Shown here: one piece after another, positions 25,001 to 36,110 of the stretch | How the letters are laid out: each line of letters begins with the position of its first letter | How positions within the stretch are numbered: the first letter of the stretch is position 1 | DNA from: Lama guanicoe | Taxonomy: Eukaryota | Direction of reading: 5' to 3' | Assembly: GCA_013239625.1 (NCBI GenBank) | Contig: MU057350.1 | Span: 29,077,611-29,141,610, forward strand | DNA length: 64,000 nt | The notes under the pieces: model-generated | What the model was told of the DNA's origin: nothing | Seen by the model: the letters and a program-made list of their open reading frames with translations, nothing else | Database searches by the model: none | Made by a program: the position numbers and the translations under genes

Positions 25001-25469
25001 GTTTTCATACTATACTAGGTTCTTTGATGCAATACCTCAGCTAGCTTTTCATACGAGAAGGTGTGTCATGAATCTCTAAGATGGAGAGAAGGTATTCAGT
25101 TAAGTTGATCACAGCTCCCTCCCCCCTCTTTTTTTTTTTCCCCCTCCAGGGATGATTATCTGGAGGATATTTTTGGAAAAATGATAGAGCAGCCATTAGG
25201 TCAGTGACGACATGCATCCCGATTGGCTGCCTGGAATATGCAGATCTCGAGTTTTGCCCATGTGTCTTACATCTAAAGATAGCAGTGAGAGTAAAAGTTG
25301 TCAGAATAGCATTTGGTTTCAAGCCATTTAAAACTCGTAGACTCAATTTCATCTTGAAAATTCTTTTAAACACTCTTCACTTTTCCCTTTCATTGCATTA
25401 GACTCAGCTTATGAAATCAATTGAAGAATATCCACACGGACATGCATATATGTGAATTCATACCTGTTA

Positions 25470-25635
25470 CATAAATAATTACTTATTAAAACATTTTTCC
25501 CTTCTAGACTGGCAACTCCTTGAAGACAGGATCCATGTCTATGTTCCTCCATTTCTTCTATTTTTCCTGGTAGCTGGTATAACTCTCAGCATTCAAAAGA
25601 AGCTGAATAAATGATTCTCCAGTGGGTAGATGAAT
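25470..25635 (+). mobile_element. L2 3' end
   Basis: CTAGACTGGCAACTCCTTGAAGACAGG..TGTCT..GAATAAATG..TGAAT. Confidence 0.7.
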
Positions 25636-26788
25636 AGTTACCACTATCAACCCTCCCCCCTCAATAAAACCCACCTTTATCAGTTTTTCTCAGAGGGAAA
25701 ATGCATCTTATTTATTTGCATTTTTAAGCTTACATGGGTATCTTTATTAATTCCCCACCCTAGGTTTTCACATTTTAGAAGATTTTTGTCTACAAACTGC
25801 ACTTATGACATGACAATGATCTTGTTTTCCCTTTGTTTGCTGTTGAAAGATAGAGCTTCTGATTACAGGAGATAAGCACTGTTATCATACAGAGTTTCTA
25901 AATTCCTGCTTAAAGCAAAGAAACTTGATATTTTAGTTAATCTTGGCAGCCATATTTTGAGGGAAAATATGTGTTTTATATGCTTTGAGTCTTGGAGGCC
26001 CCCATTACCACTTTCAGGAATACTTAAAGGGGACAAATGTACATGGGGCGTCACTGATGTGATAATTTGGGCAAAATACTAAGTAACATAATCATTCATT
26101 AACGGGTGGAGGGTGGAGTGTTTATCAAATAAGACGTTTGGATATAATAGAAACATCGTAGTGAATGAACATAAGATGATCATATGGATTCACAGTTCAC
26201 TTGTAGGGCTATGGAGTAGATAAACGCCCAGGCATTGAGAAATACAGAAGGCTTTTGATATGATTATTAAAATTCTTAAAGTATGAGTTTTAATCATAGT
26301 TTGGGATCATTTTTCTTCCTCTGGGAAAACTTCTCTGCCAGAGTAAGCAAGTCAATGAATAATGACTCAATATGCAGCTATTCGCATTACCCACAACGGC
26401 TCCAGAATGCATCTAATGTGCACAGGGGGGATCAGAGTTTGCTTTGTATTCAAGATAACAATCCAGTTTTCTCCAGCAACACCCAATTAGCCAGGCGTGC
26501 ATTTTCTGGCTTGTAGAGTAACCAGAGCTCTTGTTTCTCGTGCTGAGTCATCGCTGGCTCACCTAATCCTGGTCCCAGCAGAAAGGGACTGGGACAGGGA
26601 CAGCAGTGCATTTAATCATCGTCACTATTGTCCTCACTATTGTTTACCACCAGCTTTGTCAAAAAATGAAGAAACCTAAAGTTATTAACTCTGCTTTGGT
26701 CTTATCTTTAGCCTCTCCTTTCTCCACACTCAGCTAACCATCCATTATTTTGAATAATTTGAATAATTAAGAAACATCTAGTGTATAG

Positions 26789-26913
26789 TTTTAGGCAAAT
26801 GGGGAAGGGCAGAGAACTGTGCTTAGGTCTGCTTCTTCTCACTTGCCTTCAGCTTGATGTAGTCCTTCTGTGTAAGTGGCAGATTTGGGGGTGACATGTT
26901 CTATTACCCTTCA
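26789..26913 (-). mobile_element. ERV1 LTR 5' fragment (MER34/MER39-like)
   Basis: Minus strand begins TGAAGGGTAATAGAACATGTCACCCCCAAATCTGCCACTT.., similar to the start of the LTR at 28801-29306. Confidence 0.7.
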
Positions 26914-26996
26914 AATGTAACACCTAAGAAATTAAAAGGACCCAGCCATTAACTCTGCCTTCCATGAATGAAGGGAGTTATAACTGGATGTCATAC

Positions 26997-27659
26997 TGAT
27001 ACAGGAAAAATGGGGTGAGAGAGGATGGCCATGTCCCAGGTCCCAGATGAGTCCCTATGATGCACCCCAAGTGAGGTTCCATGGCTTCCTGCAGGTAAGA
27101 ATTCATGAACAAGACATAGCTGACCAAAGGCAGATTTATTCAGAAAGATGCATGCTCCATAGATCAAGTGTAGACCGTCTCAGATGGCCGGAAAGTCCAT
27201 GAGGCGCAGGAGTGGCTGTTTAGCCTAACGTGAAAGTAGATACACATTGCAAAGACCAGGTCCAGTCCATCTCCAAAGGCAAGGGAGCAGGAGGCTGCAA
27301 GGTGCTTTGTTACTAGTTTTTATGGGCTTGGCAACTTCATATGCTAACAAGTATTGGGAAGAGGATTGGGAAGAGGTTGGGATTCCCAGGAACTGGGCCA
27401 CTGCCCACTTTTTGACCTTTCAAGGTCAGCCTCAGAACTGTCATGGTGCCTGTGGGAGTGCCATTTGGCATGCTATTATATTACAATGAATGTATAATGA
27501 AGCTCAAGATCTACTGGAAGTCAAATCTCCTACCATCTGGGGCCTCAGGATCTACTGGGAATTGACTTCCACCATCTTGATGCTAATTGCTGTGTCATTC
27601 CTATAATGGCTTTGCCATCCCTATAATGGCTGTGCCCTGTCCCCTTCCCTCCTGTCTTA
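26997..27659 (-). mobile_element. ERV1 solo LTR, MER41-like (copy 1)
   Basis: Perfect 4-bp TSD ATAC (26993-26996 / 27660-27663); minus-strand AATAAA; aligns end to end with 51896-52538; TATGCTAACAAG..ACTGTCATGG..GGGAGTG..CATGCTA..TATAATGA resembles MER41. Confidence 0.9.
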
Positions 27660-28052
27660 ATACCCACAAGAAGTTACCAACAGGTCTAAAACAACCCCCA
27701 ACCCATTGCCATGCCCCTATGTTCTTTGTGGCAAACTCCTGCTTGTGAAACTTGGTCATTGCTGCCATCCCACAGAGAAAATAAAGTTGAGGACATCTTC
27801 CTAATATGAGAGAGAAAGAGAGCAAAAGACTGTGAATAAAAGAAAGAGAGACTTCACAAACCTGTGGGTTAAGAAGCAACAGTCAGATGATGTTCTTTGA
27901 TACTGACGTCATTTTGTTAAGAGAACAAAGAATGGGCAGGAGAACACCCTCTGTCTGGCCACATATCTCTGGCTCTTGAAATCTTGAATTTTTGCCTTAT
28001 TGCTAGTTTTAATCCAACCCCAAATTAGGCCTAGCTAGGAAAGAGCCATTAC

Positions 28053-28504
28053 TTTTTTTTCTCTTTTTTAATTTAATTTTTATTGAAGTTTAATTGCTGT
28101 ACAATATTATATGTTACAGGTGTACAATATACAGAGTCACAATTTTTAAAGGTAATACTCCACTTATAGTTATTATAAAATATTGGCTACATTCCTCTTG
28201 TTGTACAATACATCCTTGTAGCTTATTTTATACCTAATCATTTATGCCTCTTACTCCTCTACCCCTATATTGCTTCTGTCCCCTTCCCTCTCCCCACTGG
28301 TGACCACAGTTTGTTTTCTATCTCTGTGAGTTTGCTTCTTTTTCGTTATACTAACTAGTTTGTTGTATTTTTTAGATTCCACATACAAGTATATCTATCA
28401 TACAGTATTTGTCTTAATCTGACGTATTTCAAATTTAGCATAACGCACTACACATCCATCCGTGTTGCTGCAAATGGCAAGATTTCATTCTTTTTTTATG
28501 GCTG
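28053..28504 (-). mobile_element. L1 3' end (cetartiodactyl-type 3' UTR)
   Basis: T-rich tail, CACAATTTTTAAAGGT.ATACTCCA.TTATAGTTATTATAAAATATTGGCTA, TAGATTCCACATA, GTTGCTGCAAATGGCAAGATTTCATTC. Confidence 0.9.
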
Positions 28505-28549
28505 GAGGGCTGATTTTGGCCAGGTCCTATTACAATCTTGTTGATATCT

Positions 28550-28671
28550 GTATCCCAGGGTCTATTACAAAGCTTGTGGAATTGCAGGCATTTATTTAAT
28601 CTGTAACTTTGTTTTGAGTGCCTACTGTGTCATTTGTGAGTCAATGAATGAATGAATGAATGAATGAGTGA
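28550..28671 (+). mobile_element. L2 3' end with (TGAA)n tail
   Basis: TCTGTATCCCAGGG.. ending TGAATGAATGAATGAATGAATGAGTGAA. Confidence 0.55.
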
Positions 28672-28800
28672 AACCTGATGTCACCTATAATCTGCATGAA
28701 GCTGGCACTTTGACTGGTTTTGCCTAAATGGGAGGCACTATGGAGTCCTTGTACAAATGTGTTCTCTAGAAACATTCTGCCTGCCTGGCTTCCTAGCTGA

Positions 28801-29306
28801 TGTAGATGAGGAAAACTTTTTCTTTCTATCCTTCTAGGTTCTTTGGCTGGTCTAATAACTCAATTGACATAAGGCAATTTAACAGGAGAAAAATAAATTT
28901 AATTTGTTACATACAAGAGTCCCACAAAGACATGAGCGGCTCCCAGCAGTTAGGAGATTGAGGCTTATATATCATACTGAGCTAAGGAGAGGCGGGTAGG
29001 AGTCTGGGGACTCAGGAGTCTGGGGAAGAGAAATCACAGGAAGATGAGAAGAGGTGTTTGCTTAACCAATGGTTTCCATGTCATGCAGATAAGTCTTTCT
29101 GATATAAAAATTTATCTTTGGTATTAGCTCTCTTCCTGGTACAGGCCCTCTATCTTAATTCTTTTAGGTAGTTAAGGCAGCAGTTAAAAAAAACAAAAAC
29201 AAAAACAAATTTTTCCTGAGTCTGTGAGGTGTTAATTCCCTCTAGGTCAAAACAGTCCACATGCCAAAGTGACAGATTTTGGGGTGGTGTATTCTGCTCC
29301 CCCTCA
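28801..29306 (-). mobile_element. ERV1 solo LTR (MER34/MER39-like)
   Basis: TG...CA termini with perfect 4-bp TSD CTGA (28797-28800 / 29307-29310); minus strand starts TGAGGGGGAGCAGAATACACCACCCCAAAATCTGTCACTTTGGCATG. Confidence 0.9.
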
Positions 29307-29455
29307 CTGAGTAAGATGGGCCCATTAGTCAATCTATTGGTTTCCTCATAAGATGTGTACGAGTTTTTACCACATAGTTTTGTTGCATGAGTTAAATATG
29401 ATAATACATCTGAAGCTCTTAGAGACACACAACGTAGATATTAAATCTCACTAAA

Positions 29456-29933
29456 TGTTAGCAGGTGGATTCTGTCCCCCCAAAAGATATACCCAAGTCC
29501 TAACCCCTAGAACTCTGCATGCGATTTTATTTGGAAATAAGGTCTTTGCTGATGTCATTAAATTAAAGATCTCAAGAAGGACTCTTTCTAGATTTAAGAT
29601 GGGTCCTAAATCCAATGACTGATGTTCCTCTAAGAGAAAGGAGAAGGAGATTTGAGGCAGAGTGGAAGACTATGGGAAAACCACGTGAAGACAGAGGTAG
29701 AGGTTCAAGTGATGTGTTTATAAGCCAAGGAGCACCAAGGATTGCCAGCAGCCTCCAGAAACTAGGAGAAAGGCATGGAATGGATTAGTTCCCAGAGTCT
29801 CCAGAAGGAACCAACACTGACAAAGTCATGGTTTTGGATTTCTGGCCTCTACAACTGTGAGTGAATAAATTCATTTCATTTCAAATCACCCAGTTGGTGG
29901 TAGTATGTTACAGCAGCCACAGAAACCAATATG
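29456..29933 (+). mobile_element. MaLR solo LTR (MLT1C/D-like)
   Basis: CCCCCCAAAAGATAT..AAGTCCTAACCCC; TATTTGGAAATAAGGTCTTTGC; AAGCCAAGGA..CCAAGGATTGCCAGC; GAATAAAT; GTTACAGCAGCCACAGAAAC. Confidence 0.92.
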
Positions 29934-30929
29934 CTGTTCTAATAATAAGGGGAAATTTTATTAATTTTTAAATTTACATTAATTTTTGCCTTCTGTACAG
30001 CACGTAGTAGACTCCCCAGTTAATAGGCTGGATGGTTTCACGGACTAAAATAGGGGAAGAGCTTTCAAGCTGGAAGAGACCTTGCTGCCCATCCACTCCA
30101 GTCTTCTCATGTTCTGCCCAGGGAGGTGGTAGGGCTCGCCCAAAGGCACACAGCAAGATGACCCAGCAGTAGAAGGGCCCAAAGGGGATAGAAGGCCTCT
30201 GGGGAGTCAGCTGGTCTCTTCTGGGTGCTGCCCACACCACGCCGCCCTCGCTGGGAGAGGTGCGCCCGGTCAGCATAGCAGAGCCCCGCTGCGCGGCTGT
30301 CTCACACCTGCCTGCGGTGAGCGGGGATGCAGTGCTCGCTTATTTGTTCCTTGAACAAGGAAAATTCCTGCTGAAGAAACACGACAAGCATGTGTTTATT
30401 CCTTTCCAATGTCATCTTCCAACAGCACAGTACCCAAGTTTGAACAGTGATCAAAGAAAAACCAGTTTCTCAAGACGAAACTTCTTCGCATGAAACAGAT
30501 ATTAGACGGCTTTCTGATTCCTGCCCAGAGGAAGCAGTTTTCCACCCTGTGACTTTTCTGTGGCTATTTCTCACTGCTTGTCAGAAGGAAGCTGTTAATT
30601 GCCTGCTAAATATCTTCTCACTAGTGAGTGAGCCCTAACTGCTCTTAATTTCTCTCTGGCTATTGCCCTTGACCTACCGTTGGGCATTCTGATGATCTCA
30701 GACAGAAGTCATCAATCTATAAATAGACATCCCTACAGAAGGCGATGGCAAAGCTGGGATCAGCTGGCTGTGACCAGAATCCACAGCTAGAGAAGAAGAG
30801 ATGTGGCTGTTCTCTGCCACGTGGCTCAAGATCGCTGTGTGGATGTCAGGAAGCAGAGGACCATCGAGAATTATAATGAATTCCCAGGGCAGCCTGTGAA
30901 ACTGACCCTTCCTCTTGTCCTGTTAGTTC

Positions 30930-31145
30930 CACAAATAGCTTCTCCAGATCACCACTTACTAACTGTGTGGCCTGCAGAAAATTTCTTAGCCTCTCTGTTC
31001 CTTGGCAGGGTTTTCTCATATATAAAACATGGATGATAAAAGTCCCAACCCGGTAAGGTTTCTCTGAAAACTTTACAGTGATTCACATTAGACACATAAC
31101 AGTGTCTGGCACATAATAGTTGTTCAGTTAAAATTAGCCATTGGT
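30930..31145 (+). mobile_element. MIR SINE
   Basis: CCTTACTAACTGTGTGGCC..TTTTCTCATATATAAAA..ACAGTGTCTGGCACATAATAG. Confidence 0.8.
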
Positions 31146-31279
31146 ATCATCCTTGTTTTTAATCTTAGAAATTTTTTTGCCACCCACTCTCATATCCTTT
31201 TGGTTCCCAAGTTCAAGTTCTGCTGATGCTATTTTTTTTTTATTGTTGGTTTGCAGTACATCCTTCCACGCCTTATCTG

Positions 31280-32830
31280 TGTTTTTTAAGTGGCTTTACT
31301 ATTTATTTTATGTGTACCATAAAATTCACCTATCGTAAGTATACAATTCAATATTTCAAAAATTATGCTTACAGAGTTGTGTAGCGAGCATCACAATCCA
31401 GTGTTAGAACATTTTCATCACCCCAGGTAAGACCGCTAATGCCCATTGGTACGCTCCCCTTTGCTATCTCGAGCCCCAGGCAACCACTAATCTACTTTCT
31501 GTCTTTATGGATTAATTTTTTTCTGGACATTTTCTTTGAATGGAATCATACAATATGTGGTCTTTTGTGTCTGGCTTCTTAGCATAATATTTTTTGAGGT
31601 GCATTTACCTTGTAGATTCTGTCAGTACTTCACTCCTTTCTATTCCCTGGTGTGAGTCTATTGTTTGGCTATATACCATGATTTGTTTATTCATTCACCA
31701 GTTATGGACGTTTGGATCATTTCTGCTTTTTGACTATTATAACTAATGCTGTTCTGACAATTTGTGTAGAAGTCTTTATGTAAAAATATTTTTCTTTAAT
31801 AAGCTGCTTAAGACTAGAATTGCTGGGTCATATGGTAATTTTACATTTAACATTTTGGGAAACTGCCCAACTGTTATCCAAAGTGACTGCACCATTTTTT
31901 ATTTCCACTAGCAAAATGCAAGGGTTCGCATTTCTCCATATTCTTTTCAACATTTGTGTTTCTTTTTGACTACTGTCACCCTGGTGGGTATGATTTGTAT
32001 TTCCCTGGTGACTAATGGTGTTGAGCATTATTTTTCATGTGCTTATTGGCTATTCACATATCTCCTTTGGAGAAGTGTGTACCCAACCTTGTGACTATTT
32101 TCAAATTGTGTTATTACTCTTTTTATTGTTGAGTTGTAAGAGTTATTTATATATTCGGACTATATGTCCTTTATTGGGCATATGATTTTAAAACATTTTC
32201 TCTGTGTCTGTGGATTGCCTTTTAACATTTTCAATGCTGTCTTTTGAAGCCCCCAAATTTTTAATCTTGATGAGCTGTAAATTATTGATGACTTTTTCTT
32301 TTATGGACTGTCATATCTAAGAAATCTTTACTTAACCCACAGTCTGTGTTACCTTCTAAAAGTTGCATTATTTTAGCCTTTATATTTAGGTCTATGATTC
32401 ATTTTGAGCTCATTGTTGTGTTTGGTCTGATGTAAGTGTTCAAATTCATTATTGTGTGTGTGGATATCCAGTTTCCCCAGCACCATTTGTTGAAAAGACT
32501 TTCTTTTCCTATTGAATTGTCTTGAAATCTTCATTTAAAATCTATTGACAGTAAATGTAAAAACTTATTTCAATTTTAGTCCATTGATCTATATGTCTAT
32601 GCTTATGTTGAAACCATACTGTCTTTTAAAAAAAGTTTTTGTTTGTTTTTTTGGTGGGGGAGGTCATTAGGTTTATTTTATTTATTTGTTTGTTTTATTT
32701 TAAAGGAGGTACTGGGGACTGAACCCAGGACCTCGTGCATGCTAAGCATGTGCTCTACCACTGAGCTACATCCTCCCCTGAAACCATACTGTTTTTGTTA
32801 CTGTAGCTTTGTATTAATTTTTGAAACCAG
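31280..32830 (-). mobile_element. L1 (L1MB-like) 3' fragment, interrupted by a SINE
   Basis: CCATAAAATTCACC; CCCCAGGCAACCACTAATCTACTTTCTGTCT; GAATTGCTGGGTCATATGGTAA; CCAGCACCATTTGTTGAAAAGACT. Confidence 0.9.
32627..32778 (-). mobile_element. Vic-1-type tRNA-Ala-derived SINE (camelid-specific)
   Basis: Minus strand GGGGAGGATGTAGCTCAGTGGTAGAGCACATGCTTAGCATGCACGAGGTCCTGGGTTCAGTCCCCAGTACCTCC plus A-rich tail; A box 32758-32768, B box 32716-32725; 14-bp perfect TSD TGAAACCATACTGT (32609-32622 / 32779-32792). Confidence 0.92.
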
Positions 32831-32849
32831 GTCCTTTTCTGTTCTTACC

Positions 32850-33480
32850 TGAATTCTAGGCTATTCTCTTGATTGGTCTCCTGCCCCCACTCTTTGCCTT
32901 TTGCAGTCTATTCTCTGTATAACACTCAGAGAGTTCTTTCTAAAAGCCAGATCTGGCTTGACATCTCTGTGTAGAGCATTTCATTTGCCCCACCCTTAAT
33001 AAAAAGTTATTTATTAAGGCAATGTTCCCCCTGCCTCTGTTCATCTTTGTCTCCTCCCACCCTCACTCACACTTCTTCATTTCAGCATGACTGGGCTCTT
33101 TAAATTACCCAGGGAAGCCATTTGTTTTTAACACCTTCAAGCACCGGAGGCCAGCACACTGGTGAGCCCAGTGGCTGGCAAAATAGATATCCGTTATATG
33201 AAACGAACAAGCCAGGAATACTGGTGGTCATTGCCTGGGCACCATTTTGCCTTTCTTATTTAACTCATTAACTATTACCAGGAGTTTTTCCCCGACCAGA
33301 TCTTCCCCTGTTGCCATGTACTTTAGGTGCCCTAGAAGTACTTCTACCATAACCTTTATCCTATTACTTTGTAATTATTGACTTACATGTATATACCTCC
33401 TTCTAGATTGTTGGATCTTCAGTATTGGTCTTTATGGTGCCTGATACCAAATAACACTGTTGAAGGAATGCATGGGTAAA
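32850..33480 (+). mobile_element. fragmented L2 remnant
   Basis: TTGGTCTCCTGCCCCCACTCTTTGCC..CAGTCTATTCTC..TCTTTCTAAAAG..CTAGATTGT..GAAGGAATG. Confidence 0.6.
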
Positions 33481-34542
33481 TGTATATTCTGAAGTTTTTT
33501 TCTTTTTAAAGCTTTTCAGAAAAAGCCTACTTAGCCAAGGATACTTCATAAGAGTCCTGGAGTCTGGAAAGTTTGCAGTAAAATTATTTTCCAGCCTTAG
33601 GCAATACGGGCAGAGCCAGAAGCCTTTGGCCCTTTCTTGAGCCCATCACTCTCCACCCTCAACATTGCATCTTTCCTTGTTGACTCAACATAATATTTTG
33701 AGATGGCTCTGGGCCAATAAACAGTGGGTGAGAAACGAGAAGAGGGAAAACATTAAACAAGAACAATTTGTGGCATAATGATAAAGTTCAGTTTGAATAT
33801 TGCTTAAGGATAGGTTGCTGAGTCTTATGTCCCAGTACAAATCCAATATATATCCTTGGAGACACGTTTTTCCCCATATTTTCTTAAATAGAGTCCTCAG
33901 GAAAACCCTCCTGTCAGCTACCAGGGAATAGCTTTCTAAGCTTGATTTCTCCTTTCGGTGTCTATTTTATTCCATCTGGATAGCTGTTATTTATCTTCCA
34001 TGTCACCTTCTAGGGTTCTACCCACACGTAAATGACGCCAGACATCTCAGGAAGCCTAGATTCTCCACAGACTCTCAATAATTTTCACTTCATTATGTTA
34101 CTGACAAGGCTGACCCGAGGAAGGATGATTTGACTGTCAGACGCCAGACTTTGAGTGAAACCACTGCACTTTTTAAAGGTGTCAGTTGATCTTACTGTCA
34201 AACAAGGCACTCTTCTAGCATTTTCTAGGCTGTGTGGGGCTGTGGTCATCCCTTTTCTCTCTCACAGGCCAACAGAGAGCATGTGGAGAGCAAGTTAAAC
34301 AACCCCACCCTGTTGTTTTCAGTTCATTTGGCTGGTTTGGGTGTATTTTGGTTTTATTTGTAAAGGCAGAAATATTTTTTAAAGTGTTTTTTCTTCCCAT
34401 CCCATCACTCTTCACTTAAAATACTCTGTTTAAAAAATAGGCAAAAGATTTAAACTACAAATTATTAAGAATTTAAGAGAGCCTTAGGGCCCTCAAATCT
34501 CATATAATCTCTCTTGCTTCTCCCTTAACATGCTTGATTAGA

Positions 34543-34848
34543 TCAGGGTCACAAAACCAAATACACTGGGGTGTATGGGTGCATGAAACCAGCCAGGTGG
34601 GGACTGTGCTGAGATGGAGAGTTGACACCCCATTCAAACAAGAGAGCCCACCAAAGCTCTAAAGGAATTCCTGCTGGCCTTATTCCCATTTACATTATTT
34701 CTAGATCCTCAACTATTTCCAAAAAATATGAAGGTCAAATTTAAAATGTCAAATGTTTTCTCATTAAAATTCTTTATGTTGGTAAACAATTCAAAATTTA
34801 GAAAAACAAAAGTGCAGATCAAACAAAACACTTCTGCAGACTAGCTTT
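34543..34848. mobile_element. hAT-Charlie DNA transposon (MER102-like)
   Basis: CAGGGTCACAAAACCAAAT..GCCAGGTGGGGACTGTG..GGAGAG; ATGTTGGTAAACAATTCAAA..CAAACAAAACAC.TCTGC. Confidence 0.7.
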
Positions 34849-35719
34849 AACATAAAAATGTCTTAGGAGTCGAAAGTTTATTTTAGCTTATTAATTTAAT
34901 GTGTTCAACAAATATTATGAGCACCTTTTTTGTGCTAAACTGTGTACTATGTAATAGAGACTCAGTATTGGATAAGATAGACCCCCATATGCTCAGGGAA
35001 CTGGCTTTTTAACTCAGGTGTTTGGGATTTGAGGCTCCTTTGTGATGGTTAGTTGGTTCACAAATGATAGACTGAGGCCTTGAAACAGACTGATGATAAT
35101 TTTGAACTTCTTTATGTTGTTATACGCTGCAAAATAATTTTGTGTGGCCACAACTTTCTACTCAAACATTATCCACCATATTGGAATATATCATAATTTT
35201 AGGAAGAGTTTATTAATTGAACACATGTTTATTCATTGAACTTATTCAAGAAATATTTACTGGGCATCTATTATGAATGAGGCACTGGGAAAATAAATGA
35301 GAATTCAGTGATGGATTGAATAGATAGCTTAATTATCATGGAAAGCCTTCCGTACCAGGGCCTGGACCCTGAGCATATGGTACCAGAAAGAGCTGCAGTT
35401 GAATCCAAACCCATGGCTTAGGAGCAAAGAAGGAATTGGTCAGCTCTTACCTCCAATGTGTTCCAGGCACCAGGGCAGGAGGAGGTGGCTTGCAGAGTGA
35501 GGATCTGGAAAGTGAGCAACACATTGTTGTTGTCGCTTTTTGCCTTCCCATGGAGACCAAGATAATGCCTGTCTCACCCTCCCGTACAGGAGAAAAGCAG
35601 GTGTGGTAAACAGAGGTAGCTTCCAGAGAGAACACAGGAAACTTGAGGATGGAGAAGAGGTCCTCCCCTATTCTTACAGGTCCTGTACTCTCCCAGATGT
35701 CGGAAGTCTATGGCTTTGT

Positions 35720-36110
35720 TCTAATTACTGTCTTTTCTGTTGACTCTAATCTTTGTGAGGTAAAGATCATTTCTACCTGTTCCAAGAATGGATCCATCCA
35801 TCCCCAGCACCAGGCCCAAAGTCGGGCACATAATAGATGCACAATAAGTGCTGCTGACTGAGAAAAGAGAGAGTTTCTCTAGGGTCACATTTACAGAGAA
35901 AAAAAAATGGTAGGTAGTTAACGGTAGGTGAATTCCCACAAGAGGGAGATAGTGAGGAAGAAGAGCAGGTGGGTCTGTGATAGGAAGCGTGGGCGGGGTG
36001 ATGTAAGTGGAGAGGAGGCTGAGTAGTGTGGTCCTGGAGGGCGATAAGGTTGGTAGGAAGTAGGTCTAGGGGTGGACTAACCATCCTGAGACTTTAAAGT
36101 GGAATGTAAG
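35720..36110. mobile_element. L2 fragments (plus-strand 3' end followed by a minus-strand piece)
   Basis: ATCCCCAGCACCAGGCCCAAAGTCGGGCACATAATAGATGCACAATAAGTG; purine-rich L2-like minus segment after it. Confidence 0.55.

Noticed and set aside
32705-32778. A tRNA-Ala gene
   Set aside because: The tRNA-like head is followed by an A-rich tail and flanked by a TSD, so it is a retroposed SINE.
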